Positions 9,027 through 17,826 of a stretch of 64,000 nt of DNA are shown one piece after another (within the stretch, counting starts at the first letter, position 1; every line of letters starts with the position of its first letter). Where the stretch lies: assembly GCA_016293005.1 (NCBI GenBank), contig JAEDFA010000003.1, forward strand, positions 3,150-67,149, read 5' to 3'. Below the pieces are notes generated by a model. That model was not told the origin of the DNA and ran no database searches. It worked only from the letters and a program-made list of their open reading frames with translations. This DNA is from Treponema sp. (GTDB lineage: Bacteria > Spirochaetota > Spirochaetia > Treponematales > Treponemataceae). Made by a program: the position numbers and the translations under genes.

Positions 9027-10865
9027 ATGAAATCTTATAAAAATCTGAAAATTGTTCAATTTTTTCTTTCGCTTTCAAAAAAACAGAAAATAATTTATTC
9101 ATCGCTTTTTCTACTTTTTGTTTTTAGCATTTTTTCTATTGTAGTTTTGTTTTCTCTTCCTAAAAAAACTTCATCGTACCTTTATTTTGAAAATCAAGAT
9201 TATGCAGAAAAAGTTCTTTATGTAAATAAAACGCAAAAAAGAGGAAATGTCTTACCGGGAAAAAGTGCGTATTTCAAATTTTCAAAAAATCAGATTTCAT
9301 CATTGGAAAAATTTTATTCTGAATATGAAAATTTTACGGTCGCTGCAAGAATCGGAATTAAAAATCCTGGAAAAAATCTTTCTTCTGTAATTTTAAAAGA
9401 AAATATTTTAAATTTCGCTTTTCTTTTTCCGGATGATTTTGATTCTTCTGGAAAAGTTAAAAAATCTGTAGAAAAAATTTATGCTTCTGTAAACTTGTCT
9501 GATTTTTTGAAAAACGGCGTTTTTTATTTTGATTTAGGGCTTTCTTCAGAAAAACGCCTTCAAAATAAAGATGTTCCGTGTGGAATTGAAATTATTTCTG
9601 ACTTGGGTGTAACTGTTTTTGATTTTCTTGTAACTAAGGCAAGAATCGGTTTTGATTTTACAGATTCAATTCCGTTTTTCGGCTCGCCTTCTAACGGCGG
9701 AAAAATAAATGTTTTGGGAAGCGATTTTGATTTTTCAGGCGGAACTTTGACTTTTTCTCCTCAATGGACAAAAGAATTTTCAATGCCTTACTATGAAATT
9801 TCTTTTTCAAAACTTTCTTCTTACGGAACTTCTGAAAATCCTGTGAAAATAAAACTGAATGCCGGGGGTGAAATTTTAACTATTTACAGGACGCCTTCAG
9901 TTTCCGCTTGCGTAATTTACAGTTCAATGCTGAATAATCCGTTCAGTTTTTTTAATTTAAGCCAGACGGAAAATCAGATTACAAAACTTCTTTTAAAACC
10001 TTCAGAAAAATCTCTTTCAGATGAAAATTCCTTTATACCTATTAAAACTGATCCTGGAATGATTTTAAAAACAAAGGCTGATAACTGGCGAAACAGCGAG
10101 TATGAACTTTACGAATGGGACAGATTTCCTCATATTCTTTTTTTTGATACAAAAAATTTTTCAGTTCAGTCAGATTTTTTTACTCGCCTTGCATTTTTTG
10201 CAGAAAAAAAAGGTTTTATTGGTAAAATTCTTACAGATTCGCAGCTTGAAGGTCGTCACGGATACAATGCTCACGATTACAGTGCAAAAACACTTGCAGA
10301 ATTTTTTACAAAGGCAGAACCGATGGGTGTTTTAAATAAAAAAGAGCTTCTGCTTAAAAATATTCTTTTAAAAAACGGCGTAATCGTACAAAATGGTTTG
10401 TCATATCTTCCGGGAGACGGCGCAGTAATTTCTTTTTCAAAAGAAAGTCCTAATTATAATCGGGTAACTTTTCTTTCTCATGAAAGCTGGCACGCTCTTT
10501 ATTTTATAAATGAAGATTTTAGAAATGCAGTTTCAGCAGTTTATTATACGATTGATTCACAATCCCGTGACTTTATGATAGAATACTGGCAATCTCAGCC
10601 GTCTTTAAATTATGAGCCGTCAGATATTTATCTTATGAACAACGAATTTATGGCGTATATAATGCAGCAGCCGTTAAGTTCTGTTTCAAAATATTTTGTT
10701 CATCTTGCATCCCGTGGTTCTGTCATGAAAGCGCTTCCTGAATTGTGCGATTATGTAAAGGAAACTCAAGGTATGACTTTTGAAGATGCCGCAAGAATTT
10801 TTGATTCTTACGCATTTGACAATTTTGGTCTTGCCTGCGGTCGAGTGCATCTTATTTTCAGGTAG
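9027..10865 (+). CDS. Membrane-anchored hypothetical protein with C-terminal HExxH (possible zinc metallopeptidase)
   Basis: N-terminal hydrophobic helix; LSHESWH followed by NEFMAY. Confidence 0.7.
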   Translation: MKSYKNLKIVQFFLSLSKKQKIIYSSLFLLFVFSIFSIVVLFSLPKKTSSYLYFENQDYAEKVLYVNKTQKRGNVLPGKSAYFKFSKNQISSLEKFYSEYENFTVAARIGIKNPGKNLSSVILKENILNFAFLFPDDFDSSGKVKKSVEKIYASVNLSDFLKNGVFYFDLGLSSEKRLQNKDVPCGIEIISDLGVTVFDFLVTKARIGFDFTDSIPFFGSPSNGGKINVLGSDFDFSGGTLTFSPQWTKEFSMPYYEISFSKLSSYGTSENPVKIKLNAGGEILTIYRTPSVSACVIYSSMLNNPFSFFNLSQTENQITKLLLKPSEKSLSDENSFIPIKTDPGMILKTKADNWRNSEYELYEWDRFPHILFFDTKNFSVQSDFFTRLAFFAEKKGFIGKILTDSQLEGRHGYNAHDYSAKTLAEFFTKAEPMGVLNKKELLLKNILLKNGVIVQNGLSYLPGDGAVISFSKESPNYNRVTFLSHESWHALYFINEDFRNAVSAVYYTIDSQSRDFMIEYWQSQPSLNYEPSDIYLMNNEFMAYIMQQPLSSVSKYFVHLASRGSVMKALPELCDYVKETQGMTFEDAARIFDSYAFDNFGLACGRVHLIFR

Positions 10866-10870
10866 AATTT

Positions 10871-11437
10871 TTAGCTTAATTCAAGGTTGAAAAATTTTTC
10901 GGCTTTTACAGTTGTAGGAGGTCCGTGCGACGGAAGCAAAATTGTTGTGTCTGTTTGTGAAAAGATTTTTGCTTCAATGTTTGATTTTAAGACATGTTTT
11001 GAATAGCTTGAGTTTGTTGTTCCCAGCGTTCCTGCAAAAATTGCATCGCCTGTAAAAATCATATTTCCGATTTTGTAAATCATTGAATCGGCAGAATGAC
11101 CTGGAAGCGAATAATAAGTTATTGTCATTCCTGCAAGGCGCATTTTTCCGTCACCGTTTAATACGACAGTTTTTGTTTCTGCAATTTCGTAGTCGGCGGC
11201 ATAGATATTTGTTGAATAAATTTTGTTTAAAGTTCTAAGTCCCTGAACATGAGTTTCATGGTTGTGCGTTATGAGAATTCCCTGAATTTTGAAATTTTTT
11301 GATTCGAGTTTTTCGATTATGCGCGGAGTGATTTTTCCGGGGTCGATTAAGATTGCTTCGTTTATTTTTTCGTTTGCGACGATATAACTGTTTGAAAAAC
11401 CTGTAATCATTATGTTTATGTATGAATATAATCTCAT
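10871..11437 (-). CDS. MBL-fold metallo-hydrolase (glyoxalase II-like)
   Basis: IDPG, THNHETH, PGHS, FTGD, PSHG. Confidence 0.9.
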   Translation of the reverse strand: MRLYSYINIMITGFSNSYIVANEKINEAILIDPGKITPRIIEKLESKNFKIQGILITHNHETHVQGLRTLNKIYSTNIYAADYEIAETKTVVLNGDGKMRLAGMTITYYSLPGHSADSMIYKIGNMIFTGDAIFAGTLGTTNSSYSKHVLKSNIEAKIFSQTDTTILLPSHGPPTTVKAEKFFNLELS

Positions 11438-11449
11438 AAAATGCTCCGT

Positions 11450-12097
11450 CTAAGAGTTCTTCTGGTTTTTTATTTCTTCTTCTGTTAAAACGATTATTGC
11501 TTCTTTATCGTTTGACATTTTAAATGAAACATTTGTTCGTTTGCTTTCGAGGAAATTTGTGTTTTTTATGTTGCAGTTTCTAAATGATGTATTTTCTAGC
11601 GTTGATTTTATGAAAGTTGAACTTTTTAGGTTTGAATCGTCGAAGGAAGACTGAAATGCGTTTATTCCGTTGAAATTTGTCTGGAAAAGTTCGCTTCCTG
11701 TAAAGATTGTGTGAAAAAATGTTGCGCCGGCAACTGAAGAATTTTTTATATTTGAATCGATTAACTTGCAGTCGCTGAAAACTGCGAAGTCAAAAATTGA
11801 AAGTTTACTTGTTAAATTTTTTGAGTGAATGTTTTTAAATGTGCAGTTCATGAAATTGCAGCCGTAGAATTGTTTGTCTGAAAATGTTATGTCTTGAAAA
11901 GTGATTCCGGCAGCGCAAAGACCGACGATTTTATCGTGCGTGTTTATGTATTCGTATATGTCGCGCTGAATTTTTCCAGGATCTGGACTGTGGTCAAGGC
12001 AGTAATTTTTTTCGTTTGTGATGTTTTTTTGAGTGTCAATTGTTGAAATTGCAAGGTTGTTGCATGAATGAACTAAACATTTATTTAAGGCGAACAT
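11450..12097 (-). CDS. Pentapeptide-repeat protein with N-terminal Cys/His motif
   Basis: Periodic xxFxx/xxLxx repeats (CNFMNCTFKN, SSFDDSNLKSSTFIKSTLENTSFRNCNIKNTNF). Confidence 0.85.
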   Translation of the reverse strand: MFALNKCLVHSCNNLAISTIDTQKNITNEKNYCLDHSPDPGKIQRDIYEYINTHDKIVGLCAAGITFQDITFSDKQFYGCNFMNCTFKNIHSKNLTSKLSIFDFAVFSDCKLIDSNIKNSSVAGATFFHTIFTGSELFQTNFNGINAFQSSFDDSNLKSSTFIKSTLENTSFRNCNIKNTNFLESKRTNVSFKMSNDKEAIIVLTEEEIKNQKNS

Positions 12098-12103
12098 ATT
12101 TTT

Positions 12104-12132
12104 ATGTTAAAGTATTGCTTGTTTTCTGTCAA
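12104..12132 (-). promoter_or_regulatory. sigma70-like promoter TTGACA-N17-TAACAT, 6 nt before ATG 12097 (leaderless candidate)
   Basis: Perfect -35, 17-bp spacer, read from the minus strand. Confidence 0.7.
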
Positions 12133-12143
12133 ATGTTTAAAAT
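12115..12143 (+). promoter_or_regulatory. sigma70-like promoter TTGCTT-N17-TAAAAT, 7 nt before murI ATG (leaderless candidate)
   Basis: Motif spacing; no SD before ATG 12151. Confidence 0.6.
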
Positions 12144-12150
12144 CTTTCGT

Positions 12151-12963
12151 ATGAATGTAAAATTTGTTTTTCTTGATTCAGGAACGGGCGGACTTCCTTA
12201 TTTAAAATATCTTCTTCAAAAACATCCTGATGAAAAATGTGTTTACATCGGTGATACAAAAAATTTCCCTTATGGTGAAAAAACTGAATCTGAAATTCAA
12301 GAAAACGCTTTATCATGTGTTCAAAAAATTATTTTTCGCTGGAATCCTATGGCTGTTATAATCGCTTGCAATACGATTTCGGTTTCTTCCTTAGATATTC
12401 TTAGAAAAACTTTTCCAAAAACTCAGTTTATCGGAACAGTTCCTGCTATAAAACCTGCGGCACAGATTTCAAAAACAAAGAAAATAGGGCTTCTTGCAAC
12501 TAACGCGACAGTAAATCATCCTTATACAAAAAAACTTATAGAAGATTTTGCAGGAGACTGTGAAATATTTTCCCGCGGAGATCCCCAGTTAATAAATTTT
12601 ATAGAGCATAAATTTTATTCTTCCAGTGAAAGTGAACGCCTTGAAGCGGTTTTGCCGTCCGTTGAATTTTTTAAGGAAAAAGGCTGCGATGTAATTGTTC
12701 TTGCGTGTACTCATTTTCTTAATATGGCAGAATATTTTAAAATTCAAGGTGCGCCGTCATTAAAAATCGTTGACAGCAGGGAAGGTGTTGTAAATCATGC
12801 TTTTCAAATCGAAGAAAATTCATTGCAAAAAAATGAAAAAAATTCTTCCGATTTTTCAAATTCTCTGCTTTATGTTACTGGCTTTAAAAATAAAAACGAT
12901 TCGCTTTTTTACAAGAATTTCTGCCGCGAAAATAAAATTGAATTCGGCGGAATTTTAGACTGA
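12151..12963 (+). CDS. murI: Glutamate racemase
   Basis: DSGTGGL, PYGEK, IACNT, LACTHF catalytic cysteines. Confidence 0.95.
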   Translation: MNVKFVFLDSGTGGLPYLKYLLQKHPDEKCVYIGDTKNFPYGEKTESEIQENALSCVQKIIFRWNPMAVIIACNTISVSSLDILRKTFPKTQFIGTVPAIKPAAQISKTKKIGLLATNATVNHPYTKKLIEDFAGDCEIFSRGDPQLINFIEHKFYSSSESERLEAVLPSVEFFKEKGCDVIVLACTHFLNMAEYFKIQGAPSLKIVDSREGVVNHAFQIEENSLQKNEKNSSDFSNSLLYVTGFKNKNDSLFYKNFCRENKIEFGGILD

Positions 12964-13025
12964 CTGGCATTTTTTTAGTTACTTTTAAAATTTTTAGTTT
13001 TTAGAAATTCCTGTATAAAATTCTA

Positions 13026-13054
13026 TTCAATAATTTAATGAAATTTGTTAGAAT
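13026..13054 (+). promoter_or_regulatory. sigma70-like promoter TTCAAT-N17-TAGAAT with extended TG, 9 nt before icd ATG
   Basis: Motif spacing; no SD. Confidence 0.5.
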
Positions 13055-13063
13055 GTCGGCATT

Positions 13064-14260
13064 ATGGCAAAGATTCAGATGAAAAATAAAATCGCTGAAC
13101 TTGACGGCGATGAAATGACAAGAGTATTATGGAAGGTAATAAAGGATGAACTCCTTTTGCCTTATGTAGATTTGCAGACTGAATATTATGATTTGGGCTT
13201 AAAAAATCGTGATGATTCAGATGATGAAGTAACTTACAAGGCTGCAGAAGCAATCAAAAGGCTTGGCGTAGGCGTAAAGTGCGCGACTATTACTTCAAAT
13301 GCCGCCAGAATGAAAGAATACAATTTAAAACAGCTTACTCCTTCTCCAAACGGAATTTTAAGGGGCGAACTTGACGGAACGATTTTCCGCTCTCCAATTT
13401 TTGTAAAGAATATTGCCTGTAATGTAAAATCGTGGGAACAGCCTATTGTTCTTGGCAGGCACGGTTATGGAGATGTTTATAAAAACTGTGAAATTAAAAC
13501 TCCATGTGGCGGAAAAGCAGAACTTGTTTTTACAGGAGACGATGGAAAAGAAATTCGAAAGACGATTCAGGTTATGAAAGGGCCTGGAATAATTCAGGGA
13601 ATCCACAATCTTGATAAATCAATAGAAAGTTTTGCTCACTGCTGTTTTAAATACGCGCTCGATAAAAAAATCAGTGTATGGTTTGGCACAAAAGATACAA
13701 TTTCAAAAATTTATGACGGGAATTTCAAAGAAATCTTCCAGAAAGTTTTTGATGAAAACTACAAAACAGATTTTGAAAAATGCGGAATTGAATATTTCTA
13801 CACTTTAATTGATGATGCTGTAGCCCGCGTTATAAAATCAAAAGGCGGTTTTTTGTGGGTATGCAAAAATTACGACGGAGATGTAATGAGCGATATGATT
13901 GCTTCTGCCTGTGGAAGTCTTGCCATGATGACAAGCGTGTTAGTTTCTCCAAACGGTGAATTTGAATACGAAGCAAGTCACGGAACTGTTCAAAAGCATT
14001 ATTACCGTTATTTAAAAGGTGAAAAAACTTCTACAAATCCTGTTGCAACTATTTTTGCATGGACAGGCGCTCTTGCAAAACGAGGTGAATTAGACGGAAA
14101 TCTTGACCTTGTAGAATTTGCAAAAAAACTTGAAAAAGCAACTTTAGACACTATTGAAGACGGTTATATGACAGGAGACCTTGCGCTTCTTGCAAACCCT
14201 CCTGCAAAAAAAATATTGAACAGCTGGGAATTTATTTCAGCAATTAAAGAGCGCCTTTAA
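13064..14260 (+). CDS. icd: NADP-dependent isocitrate dehydrogenase (eukaryote-like subfamily)
   Basis: LDGDEMTR, VKCATIT, SPNG, KNYDGDV.SD, EASHGTV. Confidence 0.95.
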   Translation: MAKIQMKNKIAELDGDEMTRVLWKVIKDELLLPYVDLQTEYYDLGLKNRDDSDDEVTYKAAEAIKRLGVGVKCATITSNAARMKEYNLKQLTPSPNGILRGELDGTIFRSPIFVKNIACNVKSWEQPIVLGRHGYGDVYKNCEIKTPCGGKAELVFTGDDGKEIRKTIQVMKGPGIIQGIHNLDKSIESFAHCCFKYALDKKISVWFGTKDTISKIYDGNFKEIFQKVFDENYKTDFEKCGIEYFYTLIDDAVARVIKSKGGFLWVCKNYDGDVMSDMIASACGSLAMMTSVLVSPNGEFEYEASHGTVQKHYYRYLKGEKTSTNPVATIFAWTGALAKRGELDGNLDLVEFAKKLEKATLDTIEDGYMTGDLALLANPPAKKILNSWEFISAIKERL

Positions 14261-14279
14261 TATATAATTTTTTTTATGT

Positions 14280-14318
14280 AAGAAAAACTCTGTCTAAAAT
14301 TGCGTCAGAGTTTTTCTT
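14280..14318 (+). terminator. Inverted repeat after icd, probable terminator
   Basis: AAGAAAAACTCTG ... CAGAGTTTTTCTT perfect 13-bp arms. Confidence 0.6.
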
Positions 14319-14347
14319 TATAATTAACTTTTTTTATGGAGATAATT

Positions 14348-15571
14348 ATGTTAAAAAGAAACCGAGGACTTGAAAATTTAACGGCTGGGTATCTTTTTCC
14401 AGAAGTAGCGCGTCGCCGCCGTGAATTTCAGCAGAAAAATCCGGATGCAAAAATTATAAGTCTTTCAATTGGTAATACAACTGAACCTCTTCCTTTGTTT
14501 ATTTCAAAAGCAATGCAGGATTACGCTTTAGCTCTTTCTACAAGCGAAGGTTATTCAGGTTACGGAGATGAGCAGGGAAACGCTGAACTTCGAAAAAAAA
14601 TTGCAGAAGTCTGGTATAAAGACCTTGCAAAACCGGAAGAAGTTTTTATTTCTGACGGTGCAAAATGTGATATCGCACGAATTCAGACTTTGTTTGGTTC
14701 AAAAGTAAAAATTGCAGTTCAGGATCCGTCTTATCCTGTTTATGTTGACGGTTCTGTAATCGTGGGAGCAGCCGGAAAATCTAATGGTTCGGGATATAAA
14801 GGTATAACTTATATGCCATGTACTCCTGAAAACAATTTTTTCCCGGATTTGTCAAAGATTAAGAAAAACAGCCTGATTTATTTTTGTTCGCCTAACAATC
14901 CTACAGGGGCTGTCAGTACAAAAGAAGAATTAAAACGACTTGTAGATTTTGCAAACAAAAACGGCTGTATTATTATTTTTGATGCAGCATACAGGGAATT
15001 TATTCGGGACGAAAATCTTCCAAAGACTATTTTTGAAATCGAAGGAAGCCGCACTTGTGCAATTGAAATCAATTCTTTCAGTAAGCCGGCAGGTTTTACA
15101 GGTGTCAGACTCGGGTGGTCTATTGTTCCTCTTGAATTAAAATACGCGGATGGTTCAAGCGTAAACAAAGACTGGAATAGAATTATGACAACTCTTTTTA
15201 ATGGCGCTTCAAATATCGCTCAAAAAGGCGGACTTGCATGTCTTGAAGAAGAAGGATTAAAAGCCATGAAAGATGTAATCGACTATTACCTTGAAAATGT
15301 AAAGTTAATAGAAGATACTTTAAAAGGTGAAAATTTTAAAAAAGCTGGTGTTGAACTTTATTCAACAGGAAACAGTCCGTATGTCTGGGCAAAATTTCCT
15401 GGAAGAAAAAGCTGGGATGTTTTCGATGCGCTTCTTCAAAAATGCAATGTAGTTACAACTCCAGGTTCAGGTTTTGGTCCTGGCGGTGAAAGTTTTATCC
15501 GCTTCAGTTCGTTCGGGCATAAAGAAGATGTAAAAGAAGCCTGCAAACGACTTTCTGAGTTTGAATTATAA
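14348..15571 (+). CDS. dapL: LL-diaminopimelate aminotransferase
   Basis: GYLFPE, SDGAKCD, DPSYPVYVD, CSPNNPTG, SFSK.AGFTGVRLGW, TPGSGFG; GGAG RBS. Confidence 0.95.
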   Translation: MLKRNRGLENLTAGYLFPEVARRRREFQQKNPDAKIISLSIGNTTEPLPLFISKAMQDYALALSTSEGYSGYGDEQGNAELRKKIAEVWYKDLAKPEEVFISDGAKCDIARIQTLFGSKVKIAVQDPSYPVYVDGSVIVGAAGKSNGSGYKGITYMPCTPENNFFPDLSKIKKNSLIYFCSPNNPTGAVSTKEELKRLVDFANKNGCIIIFDAAYREFIRDENLPKTIFEIEGSRTCAIEINSFSKPAGFTGVRLGWSIVPLELKYADGSSVNKDWNRIMTTLFNGASNIAQKGGLACLEEEGLKAMKDVIDYYLENVKLIEDTLKGENFKKAGVELYSTGNSPYVWAKFPGRKSWDVFDALLQKCNVVTTPGSGFGPGGESFIRFSSFGHKEDVKEACKRLSEFEL

Positions 15572-15575
15572 AAGC

Positions 15576-15640
15576 AAAAAAGGACTTGCCTGAAAGTTTT
15601 TTGTCAAAATGACAATTTGAATCAGGACAAGTCCTTTTTT
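15576..15640. terminator. Bidirectional intrinsic terminator between convergent dapL and the beta-barrel gene
   Basis: A6-GGACTTGCCTGA ... TCAGGACAAGTCC-T6 with inner TTGTCA/TGACAA stem. Confidence 0.75.
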
Positions 15641-15680
15641 ATAGAATAATTTTGAACTTGATTTACAATTTACCTTTAAT

Positions 15681-16919
15681 TTAGAACTGTGTTTTAAATC
15701 CTATGTTGACAGTGAAGGCTTTTACTGGTTCAAGTTTTATGATGTCTGAAATTCTTGTCTGCAGCATAATATTTAATTCGCCTTTTATGAATTTTGTCGT
15801 TGTGTAAGGCGATACTGTTATTGAATAATTGTCAAAAAGTTCCTGAATGTATATAAGGTCTGCAAATGTTTTTTCAGGGAATGAAAGTGTCGTGTGAATT
15901 CCGAATGTGAATATATGATTTTTTAAGTAAAGATTGTCGGTGTAAACATGAAGATTTAAACCGAGCGTGTCTTTAATAAAGATAAAATCATCGATTGTTG
16001 CCTGCGGAAGGTTGAATACTGTGATATCTGTCTGGAATGTTTTGAATTTAAATCGCGGTTCAAAGAGAAGGTAAGTAGTTTCTTTGTTGATTCTGAATTC
16101 TGTCTGTTTTTTTGAAAAAGGAATGTCTGAAATTCCTGCCTGAATGAAAAGGGAAGTTGTCTGTGCGTTTCCTAAAAGCATATTTGCTCCGGCTCGCCAG
16201 TAAATTTTTTCAATTGAAACGAGACTGTCGTTGATTTTACTGTTGTTTATAAGTGGTACTCCGATTCCGGCTGCAACATCAAATGTAAAATATCTGTAAA
16301 CGCATGCAAAGCGCAAGTCTGAATTAAAAACATAGCAGTCGTCTAATTCCTGATTGACATAAGCGTAAATACCGAATGCTAAAGGTTTGTCTGAATGTTG
16401 AATGACATCGGCGCCGCCAAAACCGAAATGCGAGTTTAAAACTGAACCTTTGATTCCCTGCCATGTGTTTGTGATTTTTGATACGATTGGTTTTATTCCG
16501 AACTGACGGCGTAAGAAAATGTCAGAGCCGATTGGTTCATAACTTCCTGCAAATGCGCTGAAATAATTTGTGATGTTTCCGAACTGACTTCTAAAGATAA
16601 TGGAAAGTTCATCGATTCTGAATTGTGCATCTGTCTTTTTAAAGATTGAACCTGAAAACAAATCTGAAGTTTCAACTGAAAATTCTGTGTGAAGGATTAT
16701 ATTCTGGCTTAAATTAAACTGTCCTGAAAAAAACATGTCTACAATCAGTTGTGGTGCAAAATCTGGATTTCCAGACTCGTATTCTTCTTTTTTGTAAAAA
16801 TCTAAATCTGAGACTGCTCCTGCAAAGCCTGAAAAAAAAGTTTCTGCGTGTGCATAAACCTGAAAAAGCGTAAAAAGCGCAATGAGGATTTTTTTATATA
16901 AATGGGAGTTTTTCTTCAT
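15681..16919 (-). CDS. Probable outer-membrane beta-barrel protein (uncharacterised)
   Basis: Sec signal ending AHA; many alternating-hydrophobic strands; C-terminal VNIGFKTQF ending in Phe. Confidence 0.65.
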   Translation of the reverse strand: MKKNSHLYKKILIALFTLFQVYAHAETFFSGFAGAVSDLDFYKKEEYESGNPDFAPQLIVDMFFSGQFNLSQNIILHTEFSVETSDLFSGSIFKKTDAQFRIDELSIIFRSQFGNITNYFSAFAGSYEPIGSDIFLRRQFGIKPIVSKITNTWQGIKGSVLNSHFGFGGADVIQHSDKPLAFGIYAYVNQELDDCYVFNSDLRFACVYRYFTFDVAAGIGVPLINNSKINDSLVSIEKIYWRAGANMLLGNAQTTSLFIQAGISDIPFSKKQTEFRINKETTYLLFEPRFKFKTFQTDITVFNLPQATIDDFIFIKDTLGLNLHVYTDNLYLKNHIFTFGIHTTLSFPEKTFADLIYIQELFDNYSITVSPYTTTKFIKGELNIMLQTRISDIIKLEPVKAFTVNIGFKTQF

Positions 16920-16991
16920 AGTTTTTCTCCGGAATTTGTTTTTCGTATAAAATGTTTAAGACATAAAAAATTTGCCTTTAATACAGTATGT

Positions 16992-17019
16992 TTATCGGCA
17001 GAAAAAATGAGATTTATTA
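16992..17019 (-). promoter_or_regulatory. sigma28-like promoter TAAT-N16-GCCGATAA
   Basis: Perfect sigma28 -10 on the minus strand about 73 bp upstream of start 16919; weaker -35 and spacing. Confidence 0.5.
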
Positions 17020-17138
17020 TATTTTTTTTAAGGAACTGTAAAAAAATCTAAAAAAGGCGAATTTTTATTTTTTTGATTAAAAAAAAACAGTTTTAGTAGT
17101 GCTTGACTAATATTGCGTTTTTTTAGAATATATTCTCT

Positions 17139-17807
17139 ATGGTAAAGGAAAAAATTACACGAAGCTATCTGGAAACTCTTTCTTTTTCCGAACTTCTTTC
17201 TTTGTGCGATGATTTTGGTCTTGATATTCCAGAAAATTTTGATTATCACATTTTAGTCGGTGAACTTCTTGAATTTTCTCAGGAAAGTGAAGATTTTGAC
17301 GATGAAATGGATATCGAAGTTTCTCAAAAAGAAGAAAACTCATCTTCAGAATTAACTCTTCCTGTTTCATACAATACCACAGAAGTAAAATTAATGCTTA
17401 GAAATCCTGTCTGGGGTTATGTTTACTGGAATATCAGCGAGGCAGATTACGCTGCAATCTCAAAAAATCCATCAAGTCAGCTTTTCCTTCGTGTGTGTTC
17501 TTTTTCAGAAAAAGAGCAGGTGAAGCCAGATGATTCTTTCAATATAAAAATTTCACTTTCTGATTATGAACAGTATATTCTTCTTCCATCAAACGCATCT
17601 TTTTTCAGGGTTGATTTGCTTTTTGCAATCGGGGTCAGTATTGATATCGTTGCTTCTTCAAATATTTTAGAAATTCCACAGCCTTCTCAGGTTTTAAAGG
17701 AATATAAACCGGGTAAAAAAATTAAAATGTCAAAACCGGTAGAACTTTCAGGAATGCAAAATCTGCTTCTTGAACAATATAAAAATCACAGAGAGTCATT
17801 TTCTTAA
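17139..17807 (+). CDS. DUF4912-domain protein
   Basis: LP.SYNTTEV.LMLRNP.WGYVYWNI motif; Rho-N-like N-terminus; upstream of GH57 gene. Confidence 0.75.
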   Translation: MVKEKITRSYLETLSFSELLSLCDDFGLDIPENFDYHILVGELLEFSQESEDFDDEMDIEVSQKEENSSSELTLPVSYNTTEVKLMLRNPVWGYVYWNISEADYAAISKNPSSQLFLRVCSFSEKEQVKPDDSFNIKISLSDYEQYILLPSNASFFRVDLLFAIGVSIDIVASSNILEIPQPSQVLKEYKPGKKIKMSKPVELSGMQNLLLEQYKNHRESFS

Positions 17808-17826
17808 AAATTTTGGAGTAGCTAAA

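Noticed and set aside
12040..12150. Long N-terminal extensions in the ORF track (murI, also 17770, 43020, 44179, 48585, 51030, 63484)
   Set aside because: They overlap neighbouring genes or promoter boxes; downstream ATGs fit family N-termini and promoter or SD positions
14261..14347. Lysine riboswitch before dapL, or threonine attenuator before thrA
   Set aside because: Gaps too short (87 bp and 16 bp) and no recognisable motif or leader peptide
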